Positions 1 through 8,945 of a stretch of DNA of 64,000 nt are shown piece by piece. The DNA is taken from NCBI GenBank assembly GCA_963663965.2, contig CAXXFK010000033.1, forward strand, positions 32,001-96,000, given 5' to 3'. The position numbers and the translations under genes are program-made. The notes under the pieces were generated by a model. That model saw only the letters and a program-made list of their open reading frames with translations. It made no database searches and was not told the origin of the DNA. This stretch comes from Sedimentisphaerales bacterium. GTDB taxonomy: Bacteria; Planctomycetota; Phycisphaerae; Sedimentisphaerales; SM23-30. Every line of letters starts with the position of its first letter. Position 1 is the stretch's first letter.

Positions 1-289
1 CGAAAATCAGGCTACTCCCAGCCAGATACTGGTCATCATTCACGAAACCGGCGGCGGCGATTTCCTCGCTTCCAGCGGCCGGTCTATGTCACAATCCGGC
101 TGGGATCGCACCTATCTGCCCATCGCCAGTTTCAATCTGGCCGGCTGGTCCAAAGATGCCAACGGCCTGCTCGATCTGGACAAAATCGCCGATATCCGCG
201 TGGGGTGGGGCGGCTATTTCGGCAAGGAAAATGAATCTATCCAGTTCAGCACCACCCAGCCCCGTTCCGGCGTTATTACCGGCAAGTGA
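1..289 (+). CDS. C-terminal part of a protein that starts before the window (possibly a carbohydrate-binding domain)
   Basis: Open frame from the window edge to TGA at 287-289; tail ...FNLAGWSKDANGLLDLDKIADIRVGWGG resembles CBM-type beta-sandwich ends. Confidence 0.5.
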   Translation, partial: ENQATPSQILVIIHETGGGDFLASSGRSMSQSGWDRTYLPIASFNLAGWSKDANGLLDLDKIADIRVGWGGYFGKENESIQFSTTQPRSGVITGK

Positions 290-291
290 GG

Positions 292-1476
292 TCAGGGCTT
301 AAAGTAAAATCGCCCCAGCTGTCCGACAATCACCCGTTTCAATTCCAGCGGTTCGATCAGCCCCGTATGCCGATAGATAATCTTCCCGCCCGGCGCGATC
401 ACCACCGTATGCGGCAGCGCGCCCGGCCACTCCTCATCCAGCGCGGCCGCCAGATCATCCTTCGAATCGGAGTTATACAGGTAGTTCTGAAATGAGGCAT
501 GCTGCTTGTTCAAAAATTCCAGCGCCTTGTCTTTGTGTTCGACAACATCAACACTGATGGAAATCATTTCAAAATCCCGTTTGCGGTACATCCGGTTAAT
601 CTCCACCAGTTCCGGAAACTCCGTCACACACGGCCCGCACCAGGTCGCCCACAAATTAATCACCCGCAGCTTATCCGTATCGTTTCGAACCAGCGCGGCA
701 ATCTCCTTCGGCGTGATCAGGCTCACACTCGCTTCTTCCTGATTCCACCGCTCCAGCGCCTCTTTGGCCGATTCCCGCTTGTCGGACCATTTGATCGAAC
801 AGCCAAACGGCCGGGTTTTCGGATTCGCCACCGGCTTGCCCGCCAGCAGCGCATCCAGCGCGATCCGGGTATCCTGCGATTTGGTCTTGGCCGGATTCTC
901 ATTATCGTTCACACGCCCGGTATAACGCAGTTTCCGCTCGGCGTCAAAAATAAACACATGCGGCGTCGATACCGGCCCATAGGCCAGCGCCACTTTCTGA
1001 TTTTCCCCATCGTAAAGATACGGAAAGTTAAATCGATGTTCCAGCGCCCGCGCTTTCATATCCTCATACCCGTCGCCCACATCGGTATACCCCAGTTCAT
1101 CCAGCCGCACTGCCTTATCGTCATTGGGTGAAATCGCCACCACGGCGACTCCCTTATCGCGATAATCCTCCGTCAGTTGGATCAGGATCTTTTCATAAGC
1201 CTGGGCGGTGGGGCAGTGGTTGCAGGTAAACACCAGACACAGGATTTTCGCCTCGTCAAAATCTTTCAACCGGTACACCTTCTCTTCGACCGTGCTGAGG
1301 GTCGCCCCGGCCTGTTCCGGATCCGGCTTCTGCCTGACGACAATCCCCGGCAATTTAAAATCCGGCGCCGTCGCCCCAATCTCCAGTGTCACCGGCGATG
1401 CGGCCGGCAGGGAGAGGGGGGCAGTCAGAAAAAGCGCGATGATCCAGACAATAGTCAATTTGTGATTCATGTTCAT
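292..1476 (-). CDS. Secreted tandem redoxin protein (AhpC/TSA-type plus TlpA-like thioredoxin domains)
   Basis: Signal peptide; APDFKLPG, FTCNHCPT and GCSIKW in domain 1; NLWATWCGPC in domain 2. Confidence 0.85.
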   Translation of the reverse strand: MNMNHKLTIVWIIALFLTAPLSLPAASPVTLEIGATAPDFKLPGIVVRQKPDPEQAGATLSTVEEKVYRLKDFDEAKILCLVFTCNHCPTAQAYEKILIQLTEDYRDKGVAVVAISPNDDKAVRLDELGYTDVGDGYEDMKARALEHRFNFPYLYDGENQKVALAYGPVSTPHVFIFDAERKLRYTGRVNDNENPAKTKSQDTRIALDALLAGKPVANPKTRPFGCSIKWSDKRESAKEALERWNQEEASVSLITPKEIAALVRNDTDKLRVINLWATWCGPCVTEFPELVEINRMYRKRDFEMISISVDVVEHKDKALEFLNKQHASFQNYLYNSDSKDDLAAALDEEWPGALPHTVVIAPGGKIIYRHTGLIEPLELKRVIVGQLGRFYFKP

Positions 1477-1486
1477 TATAAGCTCC

Positions 1487-1846
1487 TTATTTCGTTGAAT
1501 TGCTTTCCTTCACCCGGTACGCTACGATGCGTTTGATCAACGCCAGCGGAATCGGTTGATCCATCGGAAACTGAACAGTCCCCTTACTGGATTTATACCT
1601 CGCCAGTTCTTTCTCGAACGCGGCCATCCCTGAAGGGGTTGGATAAAATCCAATATGTCGCTTAAACGCCGCGAAATGCACCAGATTCCCATTCAATTTA
1701 AACGTCGGAATCTGATACGCGATCGCCTCATCGGCCATCGGCGCCGCCTCCCGGATCGCCCGCCGCACAGACTCCAACCGCTCCTGAACATCCTCAGGAA
1801 ACCGCCGGATATAAGCATCGATCGTTTGAGCCGGTTTTTTATCCAT
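1487..1846 (-). CDS. DUF1801 / YdhG-like protein
   Basis: IDAYI...EAIAYQIPTF...HFAAFKRHIGFYP...KGTVQFP pattern. Confidence 0.85.
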   Translation of the reverse strand: MDKKPAQTIDAYIRRFPEDVQERLESVRRAIREAAPMADEAIAYQIPTFKLNGNLVHFAAFKRHIGFYPTPSGMAAFEKELARYKSSKGTVQFPMDQPIPLALIKRIVAYRVKESNSTK

Positions 1847-2054
1847 CTACACAAATCATAGGCCAACCGGATACAAAAATACGAATTTAACTGTCTTTAT
1901 GTTACCTGTCATCATTGCCACCCATATGCAATATAACTATCCCGGGTATATGAAATCCATCAAACAAGACCTTCGCTCTCTTGCTCTCAAAGGTCTCTGA
2001 GATTGTAACATGTTTTAAATGAATGTATTATATCGATATTGCGTTTTTCTCATG

Positions 2055-2606
2055 TCAATCGCAGCAACAATCCATCGCTCGCTTTTCTTCATCGTTTCCA
2101 ATCGTAAGAGCCTGACCGACCGCGCATTGTGGCTCAAGGTTCTTAGTTTGACGGTGATAATTTCTAACTTTTAGAACTAAATACAGCCAAATCAGGGTAA
2201 AAAACACTGAAATTCCCAGGGCCATCAGATGACTCTTGGGATTGTCCATCATACTAAGGATATCCGGAGGGACCGGCAACCCCCTGGCTTCACGACTGGC
2301 AATGAAGCATTTTTTAGCCAGTTCGGTGTCTTTCATACTGATCACTACCCCGCTAGCCGTTTCTACGAAGTTCAACCCGATTGCAGCAAGCGCCGCGACA
2401 AATCCTCCCGGATGATGTCGCCAAACCCAGACAGTGCCCCATACGTAACAAACTGCACAGGGTACAATAAGCGCGAACAACAACCAGGACATCCCCGCGG
2501 TACTGAATAATTGCATATCCAATGAACCTTCATGGCTTAAGATTTCAATACTCTTCAGTGCTGACCAGACAAATCCTAACGTCACAATGATTCGTATAAT
2601 TTTCAT
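2055..2606 (-). CDS. Hypothetical membrane protein (about 4 TM helices)
   Basis: 183-aa ORF with an AGAGG RBS and hydrophobic segments; lower GC than its neighbours. Confidence 0.65.
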   Translation of the reverse strand: MKIIRIIVTLGFVWSALKSIEILSHEGSLDMQLFSTAGMSWLLFALIVPCAVCYVWGTVWVWRHHPGGFVAALAAIGLNFVETASGVVISMKDTELAKKCFIASREARGLPVPPDILSMMDNPKSHLMALGISVFFTLIWLYLVLKVRNYHRQTKNLEPQCAVGQALTIGNDEEKRAMDCCCD

Positions 2607-2639
2607 AATCGTTTTTTCCTCTTAGTGATATTCATGTTG

Positions 2640-4790
2640 TTAATAATGGATCGACGGAATCCGCTCGATCACCTCATCAAACGGCGCCACCGCGCCCGTC
2701 GCCACCTCATAGATCCGTTCGTGCGTCAACCGCGCCGCCTCGGTCAGTTCTTCATACGGCCGGTTACAGATATCGATCAACCCGATATTGTAATTCTCCC
2801 CGTCGAACCGCCCAAAGATCGGCTGATCCAGCCACTGAAAATAATGCATCCCAATCAATTCCGGCCGGGCCGCGCCCTGTTCAACATAATACCGGTACGC
2901 CACTGCCCGCTGCTGCTGATTCAGCGCCCCCTGGATCCCCGTCGCCGGCAGTCCCCGGTCCACCGCGCCAAAATGAAACTCTCCGATCATCACCGGCTTA
3001 CCGCTCCGCCGCGCGATCTCCGCCGTCTCCGGCGGCCCCGGATTGCCATACCCGTTAATCGAAAACACATCGAACGCCTCACCCGCCCGATAGAGCAGGT
3101 CCGAACTGATCCACGCGTAGCGCATCCCCAGGTTCAAATGATGCGGATCGATCTGCTTCACTGCCTCGCACGGCGCCTGCACATACCGTTCCACCAGCAG
3201 CCCGGTAAACTCCCGGAAATCCGCCTTCGCCGCCTCCGATGGATACGTCTTAAATGTCTGTCCGCCAATCTCATCGATCGACTTCAGTTCCAGCTTCCAG
3301 GCCCGGTTAAACGCCGCCACCGTCGGATACCGCTCTTTCAGCCACGCTACGAACGCCTGCTTGCTCGCCGACGGCTGATCCGTCGCGAACATCTCAAACG
3401 CGATCGTATGATCCCCAAACGCCCAGGTCGGCTCATTCCGCAAAAAATACCCGATCAGGTACGGATCATCCTTCATCGGCTCCAGCTGCCGGGCAAACTC
3501 ACCCGCCTTCTGCCCATACTCCTCCGCGTACACATCCGGAAAATCCCGAAACAGCTGCGTCCTGGTCGAAGGAAACCCGCCCATCGGATACACATACGGC
3601 ACGCGCGCCGCCCGGGCATAGCGCATATCCGACCAGTTGGCAATTGTATTGATCCGATACCGTTTCAGCTGCCCCGTCGTTATCGTTTCCCACGCCTCCC
3701 GCCACTGCTCCCCAAACACCCGCACCAGATTCAGCTGATAAAAGTTCACCGAATCCGAGCCGCCTCGCCGCCGGTTGCTTGTTCCACCTAGCAGCGGATC
3801 ATCCCGCTGCGGCAGCCACGCGAACAGATCTTCCTGCCCCGTCACCGTCCCACTGGCCCCGGTCCCGATACAATCCACCCCCACACTGATAAACGCGCAT
3901 CCCTCCGGATCGACCAGCCACCACCGTTTCCCATCATGATGCGTCCGGAAAAATCCCGTCGCCTCAAACCGCCGTTTCTTCCAGCCGCCATAAACGCTCC
4001 AGTCCTCCGGATACGCCACCTCACCCGCCTCCGCCAGCTGCGTTTCATTCAGCCGCTTCAACGTCTCCAGATCGGCAATCTTCCCCGGCCACTCCCGCGC
4101 CGTCCACTGCCCGAACGCATCCACCACCGGCTCAGCCACCTCGGGCAGCGGTTCGGGCATCCGGTCACTGATCCACACCGCGCCCAGGTAAAACGTTGGC
4201 TTGAAGCGCGGCGGCTGATACGGCCCGATCCGCAGCGCCACCTTGCCGATATCCCCGCGTTCCAGCCGCTGGCCCAATACCGTGCATTTCAACTGACGCG
4301 GCACCCGCGCCATAAAAATATTCTGGCCATCCAGATGGTTCAGGTCGAATACCATCTGCGTCCGTAACTTCGGCAATATCCCGATCTTAGCCGCCATCCG
4401 CGGCTCCTGCCGCTTCGACCCGCTTTCCGGCCCGCTCTGCGCCACTATCTGCCCGCCGCCGGCCGCCTGCTTCTCGAAAAACTCCAGGTTCACCACCGCG
4501 CTGTAATCATTCTCATGCCAGAGTTCGCACACCAGGTACCGCGCCCGCTCCCAGTCGCCCGGATCGCCCGCCTGCCACACTATCACCGCGTCCCGGTCCG
4601 ATTGCGGCCGGTCTTTGATCACCTCACCCGCCCACACCGGATTCTCCGCCATCTCACAACACCGCCCACTCCGCTCCATCGCTGACTTCAAATCAAAATC
4701 CACTCGATAATCCGCCCTCACCCCCTCACACCAATACCCCATACCACCCATTATCAATAACAATCCAATCATTCGTTTATCAAATGTCAT
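2640..4790 (-). CDS. Glycoside hydrolase, GH50 beta-agarase-like
   Basis: ATGFFRT...RWWLVDPEG, NTIANWS, IGYFLRNEP (acid/base), PVMIGEFHFG (nucleophile), GRFDGENYNIG. Confidence 0.8.
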   Translation of the reverse strand: MTFDKRMIGLLLIMGGMGYWCEGVRADYRVDFDLKSAMERSGRCCEMAENPVWAGEVIKDRPQSDRDAVIVWQAGDPGDWERARYLVCELWHENDYSAVVNLEFFEKQAAGGGQIVAQSGPESGSKRQEPRMAAKIGILPKLRTQMVFDLNHLDGQNIFMARVPRQLKCTVLGQRLERGDIGKVALRIGPYQPPRFKPTFYLGAVWISDRMPEPLPEVAEPVVDAFGQWTAREWPGKIADLETLKRLNETQLAEAGEVAYPEDWSVYGGWKKRRFEATGFFRTHHDGKRWWLVDPEGCAFISVGVDCIGTGASGTVTGQEDLFAWLPQRDDPLLGGTSNRRRGGSDSVNFYQLNLVRVFGEQWREAWETITTGQLKRYRINTIANWSDMRYARAARVPYVYPMGGFPSTRTQLFRDFPDVYAEEYGQKAGEFARQLEPMKDDPYLIGYFLRNEPTWAFGDHTIAFEMFATDQPSASKQAFVAWLKERYPTVAAFNRAWKLELKSIDEIGGQTFKTYPSEAAKADFREFTGLLVERYVQAPCEAVKQIDPHHLNLGMRYAWISSDLLYRAGEAFDVFSINGYGNPGPPETAEIARRSGKPVMIGEFHFGAVDRGLPATGIQGALNQQQRAVAYRYYVEQGAARPELIGMHYFQWLDQPIFGRFDGENYNIGLIDICNRPYEELTEAARLTHERIYEVATGAVAPFDEVIERIPSIHY

Positions 4791-5000
4791 AGTAAACTCC
4801 CTTTGTTAAATTCATTTTTGTACAAAGCATGCAGTTAATCGTAGTATAGTTATTAACCTGAGCTTTGGTTAAGAAAAATCATAAGCGTTCACCCAAAAAT
4901 AAATAATATCCGCCGAAGGCGGTTGCATAAACGGCCCGGAGGTCGAAGATCCGCCTCTGACAGGGATGATACACGACTCATCGGCTATCCGTTAGCGCGA

Positions 5001-5961
5001 TTAATGAATGTACTTCGCCTGTTTTTTCAACAAAGCGTTAAAATCATCCATCGTTTTCACTTTAGAGTCATCCTGTTCCCAGGCCGCGCCGAAATAATAG
5101 GTGAGTTTGTTCTTAGCGGGTTTTAACACCACAACATGATTATATTTATCTTTGGTTTGAGCAATAAGTTGATCTTTACGATAAAAAATACACATCCCCA
5201 GCATATCCTTTTCCAGACTCTGTTTGCCAAATGTTGCCATGCAATCCCAGCCCGGTTTGATATCCCCAATAAAGGCCAGTTCGGTTTCCGGTAAATTGAT
5301 AATCCCGGTTGCCAGATTCGGCAATGGTTTCGAAAGGTCGATGTTATACCGGGTCAGGTAACTTCCTGCTTCGATTTCAAGCGTGGTATGCAGGTCGGTT
5401 TTGGTATCGTTGATCGCCCATCCGGTATAGTCGATCGTGACTGTCGACCCTTTTTTACCATTTTCCACCGCGCTGAAAAGACGGTCCGTTTTTTCCACTC
5501 TCACCGCCTTTTTCCCCGTCCCAGAATGCCAGGGTCCCGATTCCCAGGGCCGAACCCACTTTCAATATATCCACCCCCCAATCCTGCATTTCATGATACG
5601 AATCAAAGCCATCCAGCCCAACGTTGTGTAACACCATTGCGTCGGTTTTCTTCCCAAAAATATCGATCGCATTGCGCCAGTCGAGATAGATGCGATATCC
5701 AATTTTATCCGATTCCCAACCCGGCCCTTCAAACTGGATATCAAATGAATGATCGGTATGTTTTTCATCCACCAGCAGCTTGCCGACCGGCTTAAATTCA
5801 CCGCCCTGGTATTCATATTGTTGATTGCCATTCTGTTTAGTCACCCATTTCTATTCACCGCCGTCCTTGATACCCAGGTAAGCTTGTGTTTTCCCGTTTT
5901 GCCCGAAAGCAGCGCAATGACATACCGCAAAAATCGCAATCAGTAACATCTGCCCTTTCAT
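5001..5961 (-). pseudogene. DUF4861-family protein, disrupted by an in-frame TAG at 5851-5853 and a +1 frameshift in the run at 5509-5513
   Basis: ATG at 5961 with an AAGGA RBS and signal peptide; EGPGWESDKIGYRIY, DIFGKK and DILKVG motifs; removing one base joins ORFs 5455-5844 and 5001-5504 (about 319 aa). Confidence 0.75.
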
Positions 5962-6157
5962 GATGTTTCCTTTCTTTTACCAAATATTCGTTTCTTTATT
6001 TCAACAATTCCAATAGTTTCAGAACGATATGTAAAAGACAATCCACTATCAAATGCTTCTACAAACGTTGCCCGTGGCGATACATATAACCCTTTTATAT
6101 ATCCTTTATTCTCAGCAAAAACAAGTAAAATGCCTGGGCTCTTACAAGCTAAATTTA

Positions 6158-6790
6158 TCTTCGTAGCTTCGTGTGAACCAATTTTCATTTGATTTTTTTC
6201 AGTGTCTTTCCGCGTTTTTCCGTGGTTAAAATGGTTGTTATATTATTTCCCTTTCATCCGCTTTTTTATTCATGTCCATTCGTGGTTCGCATATTTTATC
6301 TTCGTGACTTCGCGGCTTCGTGTGAACCATTTTTCTTTTGATTTCTTCCGTGTCTTTCCGTGTTTTTCCGTGGTTAACTCGGCTGTTATATTCTTCTTAC
6401 CCTTCGTGTAGCGCCGCAGGCGTCTTCGTGGTTCAACCGGCTGTATATTATTAATCTTCTATCCGCTTTCTTATTCGAGTCCATTCGTAGTTCACTTGTT
6501 TTCCCTTCGTGGCTTCGTGGCTTCGTGTGAACCAATTTTCTTTTGATTTTTTTCCGCGTATTCCGTGTATTCCGTGGTCAAATCGGCTGTTCTATTTTAA
6601 ACTCAATTCCCAATTCTTAAATCCTGTCAATCCTGTGAACCTGTCTAAAAAGCTGTTCTATTTTTCTTCCCCTTCGTGTAGCGCCGCAGGCGCTCTTCGT
6701 GCAGCCGCAGGCGTCTTCGTGGTTCAACTGGCTGTTATATTATTTTCCTTTCATCCGCTTTTTTATTTCGTGTCCATTTGTGGTTCAACT
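6158..6790 (-). repeat. Modular array of triple-tandem 8-9-mer units (CACGAAG, CACGGAA, ACAGGAT) with a TATAACAGCC core
   Basis: Core copies (plus strand GGCTGTT[A/C]TA and variants) at 6233, 6381, 6439, 6585, 6651 and 6730, each next to a triple tandem. Confidence 0.85.
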
Positions 6791-7564
6791 CTTTTCCGCT
6801 CCCGGCCACCGCCCGCTCACTTCCTCCAGCCAGTGCCGCGCGATCAGCTCATGCCCCTGCGGCAGGGGATGAATCCCATCCCAGATCCACTGTTCCGCCG
6901 GCGCCGCTTCGCAGGCCGCGTCAAAAATCGCCTGCGTCCTCACCAGCGCCGCGTGATAATCCTCCGCCAGCCGCCCAACCACCTCACCCATCCGATCGGT
7001 CATTGCCCGCCGCGCCGCCCACACCCGCTCCTCCTTCAATTTCCCCGTTCGCAGCACAAACGGCTCCAGCAGCACCAGCCTCAGCTTACGATTCGCCTCT
7101 AGACTCCCCTCCAGAATAAACCGGTAATCCGCCTCAAACGCCGCCACCGTCACCCCGCGTCCCACATCATTCGTCCCCACCAGCACACTCAAAAGATCCG
7201 GCCTCATCTCGAGCGCGTCCGCCTGCCACCGCCGGCGCAGATCCGCCACCGTATTCCCGCTCACCCCCCGGTTATAAAAATCCAGCTGCGCCCCGCACAA
7301 CTCCACCCCCAGCCGCGCCGCGATCAGATACACATAGCTGTGCCCCAGGTAATGATTCCGATCCGACTGATCCCGCCCCCATTTCATATCCGTAATCGAA
7401 TCCCCCTGAAACAACAGCCGGCTCCCACGTTCCAACCCCGGCAGTCGATACCCATACCCCGCCACTCCCAATGGCTTCCTCCGCGGCCGCTCTTCCACAC
7501 CACCAACCGCCACACCCGCCACCGCACTCACACCACCCGCAATAAAACACCGTCTGTCCAGCAT
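6785..7564 (-). CDS. SGNH/GDSL hydrolase with a Tat-like signal
   Basis: FQGDSITD, NRGVSG, GTND and DGIHP blocks; DRRCF N-terminus. Confidence 0.9.
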   Translation of the reverse strand: MLDRRCFIAGGVSAVAGVAVGGVEERPRRKPLGVAGYGYRLPGLERGSRLLFQGDSITDMKWGRDQSDRNHYLGHSYVYLIAARLGVELCGAQLDFYNRGVSGNTVADLRRRWQADALEMRPDLLSVLVGTNDVGRGVTVAAFEADYRFILEGSLEANRKLRLVLLEPFVLRTGKLKEERVWAARRAMTDRMGEVVGRLAEDYHAALVRTQAIFDAACEAAPAEQWIWDGIHPLPQGHELIARHWLEEVSGRWPGAEKS

Positions 7565-7591
7565 ATGAATATCTCATTTGAACTTTTGTAA

Positions 7592-8920
7592 TTATGTCTT
7601 ATTGGAAGCTGATTTGTTCTTTGGGGGTAATTCTATAACCCTGTCCGTTGTTAATAAAATTGCGAATCTTGTAACTAATAGCCCAAGTAAAATATATCCA
7701 AGCAAAACCTGAGTTACTATACATACATGCCCCATTATTTTATCTTCTACGGCGTCAATGTCGCCATAACCTAGAGTGGTCATTGTTACAATGGAAAAAT
7801 AGATAGCCCTACAAATATTGCAAATATGGTTTGTGGATTTATATTTTTTAAGAACTGGCAAGTTAGGACATTTAGGAGTAACGGGGTCTTTAAGTGTAAA
7901 TAAATTATTAACAATTCCTAAGTTCTCCTGGTAATATCCACCATTATTAAAATATTCGTTGTATCCGAAAAATAAGTAAATTATTGCAAAGAAGATTGCA
8001 ATTAAAATAAATGAACAAATCGTTCTTTTTGTTGAATATCCATAGTCGGAGCACCACCAAAATAGATTTACCAAGCATCGGCGTATTGGATGTCTTTTAT
8101 ACCAATCTTGCCAGTTATATTTTCGAATTATATATCTTAATTGTTCCTTAACCCTAACATCCGCTTTTGGTATGTTTATATCAAAATTTGAACATTTTAA
8201 TTCCCTATCGAACTTGATATGACAAAGATTTGTTTCATCATCGATATATATATCATTGATGTTCGCGCCATAAAACTCTGCACTATGTAAATTTGCTTTA
8301 TCTAAATAGGCATTCGATAATATTGCCCCATTCAAATTCGCACCAACTAGCTTAGCTCCCGTGAGAATTGCTTCAGTTAAATCAGCTATCTCAAGATTCG
8401 CTCGACTTAAAATAGCCCCTTTAAGTTCTGTGCCTTTGAGAACAGCACCTTTAAGACAAGCGTTCCCTAGTTTTACATCATTGAATTCTGCATAGCATAG
8501 TTTTGCATTTTCAAGCTTAGCATTTTTAAGGATCAGTGTCGCATTACCTTTTGCCCTTGATAAATCTGCCATATGTAAATATGCATTTTCTAGATTAGCA
8601 TTCTTTAAATCAGTGTCAGTAAGATTGCATTCTTCTAAATGAATTATATCCTTACTGTTATTTCGCCATTTATTCCATGCAGAATGCTTATTCTTGTCTT
8701 CAATATTCTTAGAATAATATTCACTCAGTAGCAGAAGAGTAAGTTGCCAATAATCACCTTTGAAGTTTGATTGTTTTTCGCCATAACTTTCGATAATTTT
8801 TGAGTGAACATCTTCTGATATTATATTAGAAAAATATGACGAAAATGTATTTATGACTTTTTCATCTTTTGAGGAATATGGCTCATCAGATTTATTGTAT
8901 ACATTATTAAAATCAATCAT
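7592..8920 (-). CDS. Pentapeptide-repeat protein with a C-terminal 2-TM potassium-channel-like domain
   Basis: A(N/D)LxxA repeats; DYGYS then TM; YFSIVTMTTLGYGD selectivity-filter motif; very AT-rich. Confidence 0.85.
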   Translation of the reverse strand: MIDFNNVYNKSDEPYSSKDEKVINTFSSYFSNIISEDVHSKIIESYGEKQSNFKGDYWQLTLLLLSEYYSKNIEDKNKHSAWNKWRNNSKDIIHLEECNLTDTDLKNANLENAYLHMADLSRAKGNATLILKNAKLENAKLCYAEFNDVKLGNACLKGAVLKGTELKGAILSRANLEIADLTEAILTGAKLVGANLNGAILSNAYLDKANLHSAEFYGANINDIYIDDETNLCHIKFDRELKCSNFDINIPKADVRVKEQLRYIIRKYNWQDWYKRHPIRRCLVNLFWWCSDYGYSTKRTICSFILIAIFFAIIYLFFGYNEYFNNGGYYQENLGIVNNLFTLKDPVTPKCPNLPVLKKYKSTNHICNICRAIYFSIVTMTTLGYGDIDAVEDKIMGHVCIVTQVLLGYILLGLLVTRFAILLTTDRVIELPPKNKSASNKT

Positions 8921-8945
8921 TTAATCTATTTTTACCAATAATATA

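Noticed and set aside
2625..3791. 388-aa plus-strand ORF (likewise 58360-59367, 499-1131 and 32822-33400)
   Set aside because: Antisense shadows of high-GC genes with no recognisable motifs.
6158..6790. The repeat fields as CRISPR or TIGR arrays
   Set aside because: They have no constant period, no unique spacers between identical repeats and no adjacent effector gene.
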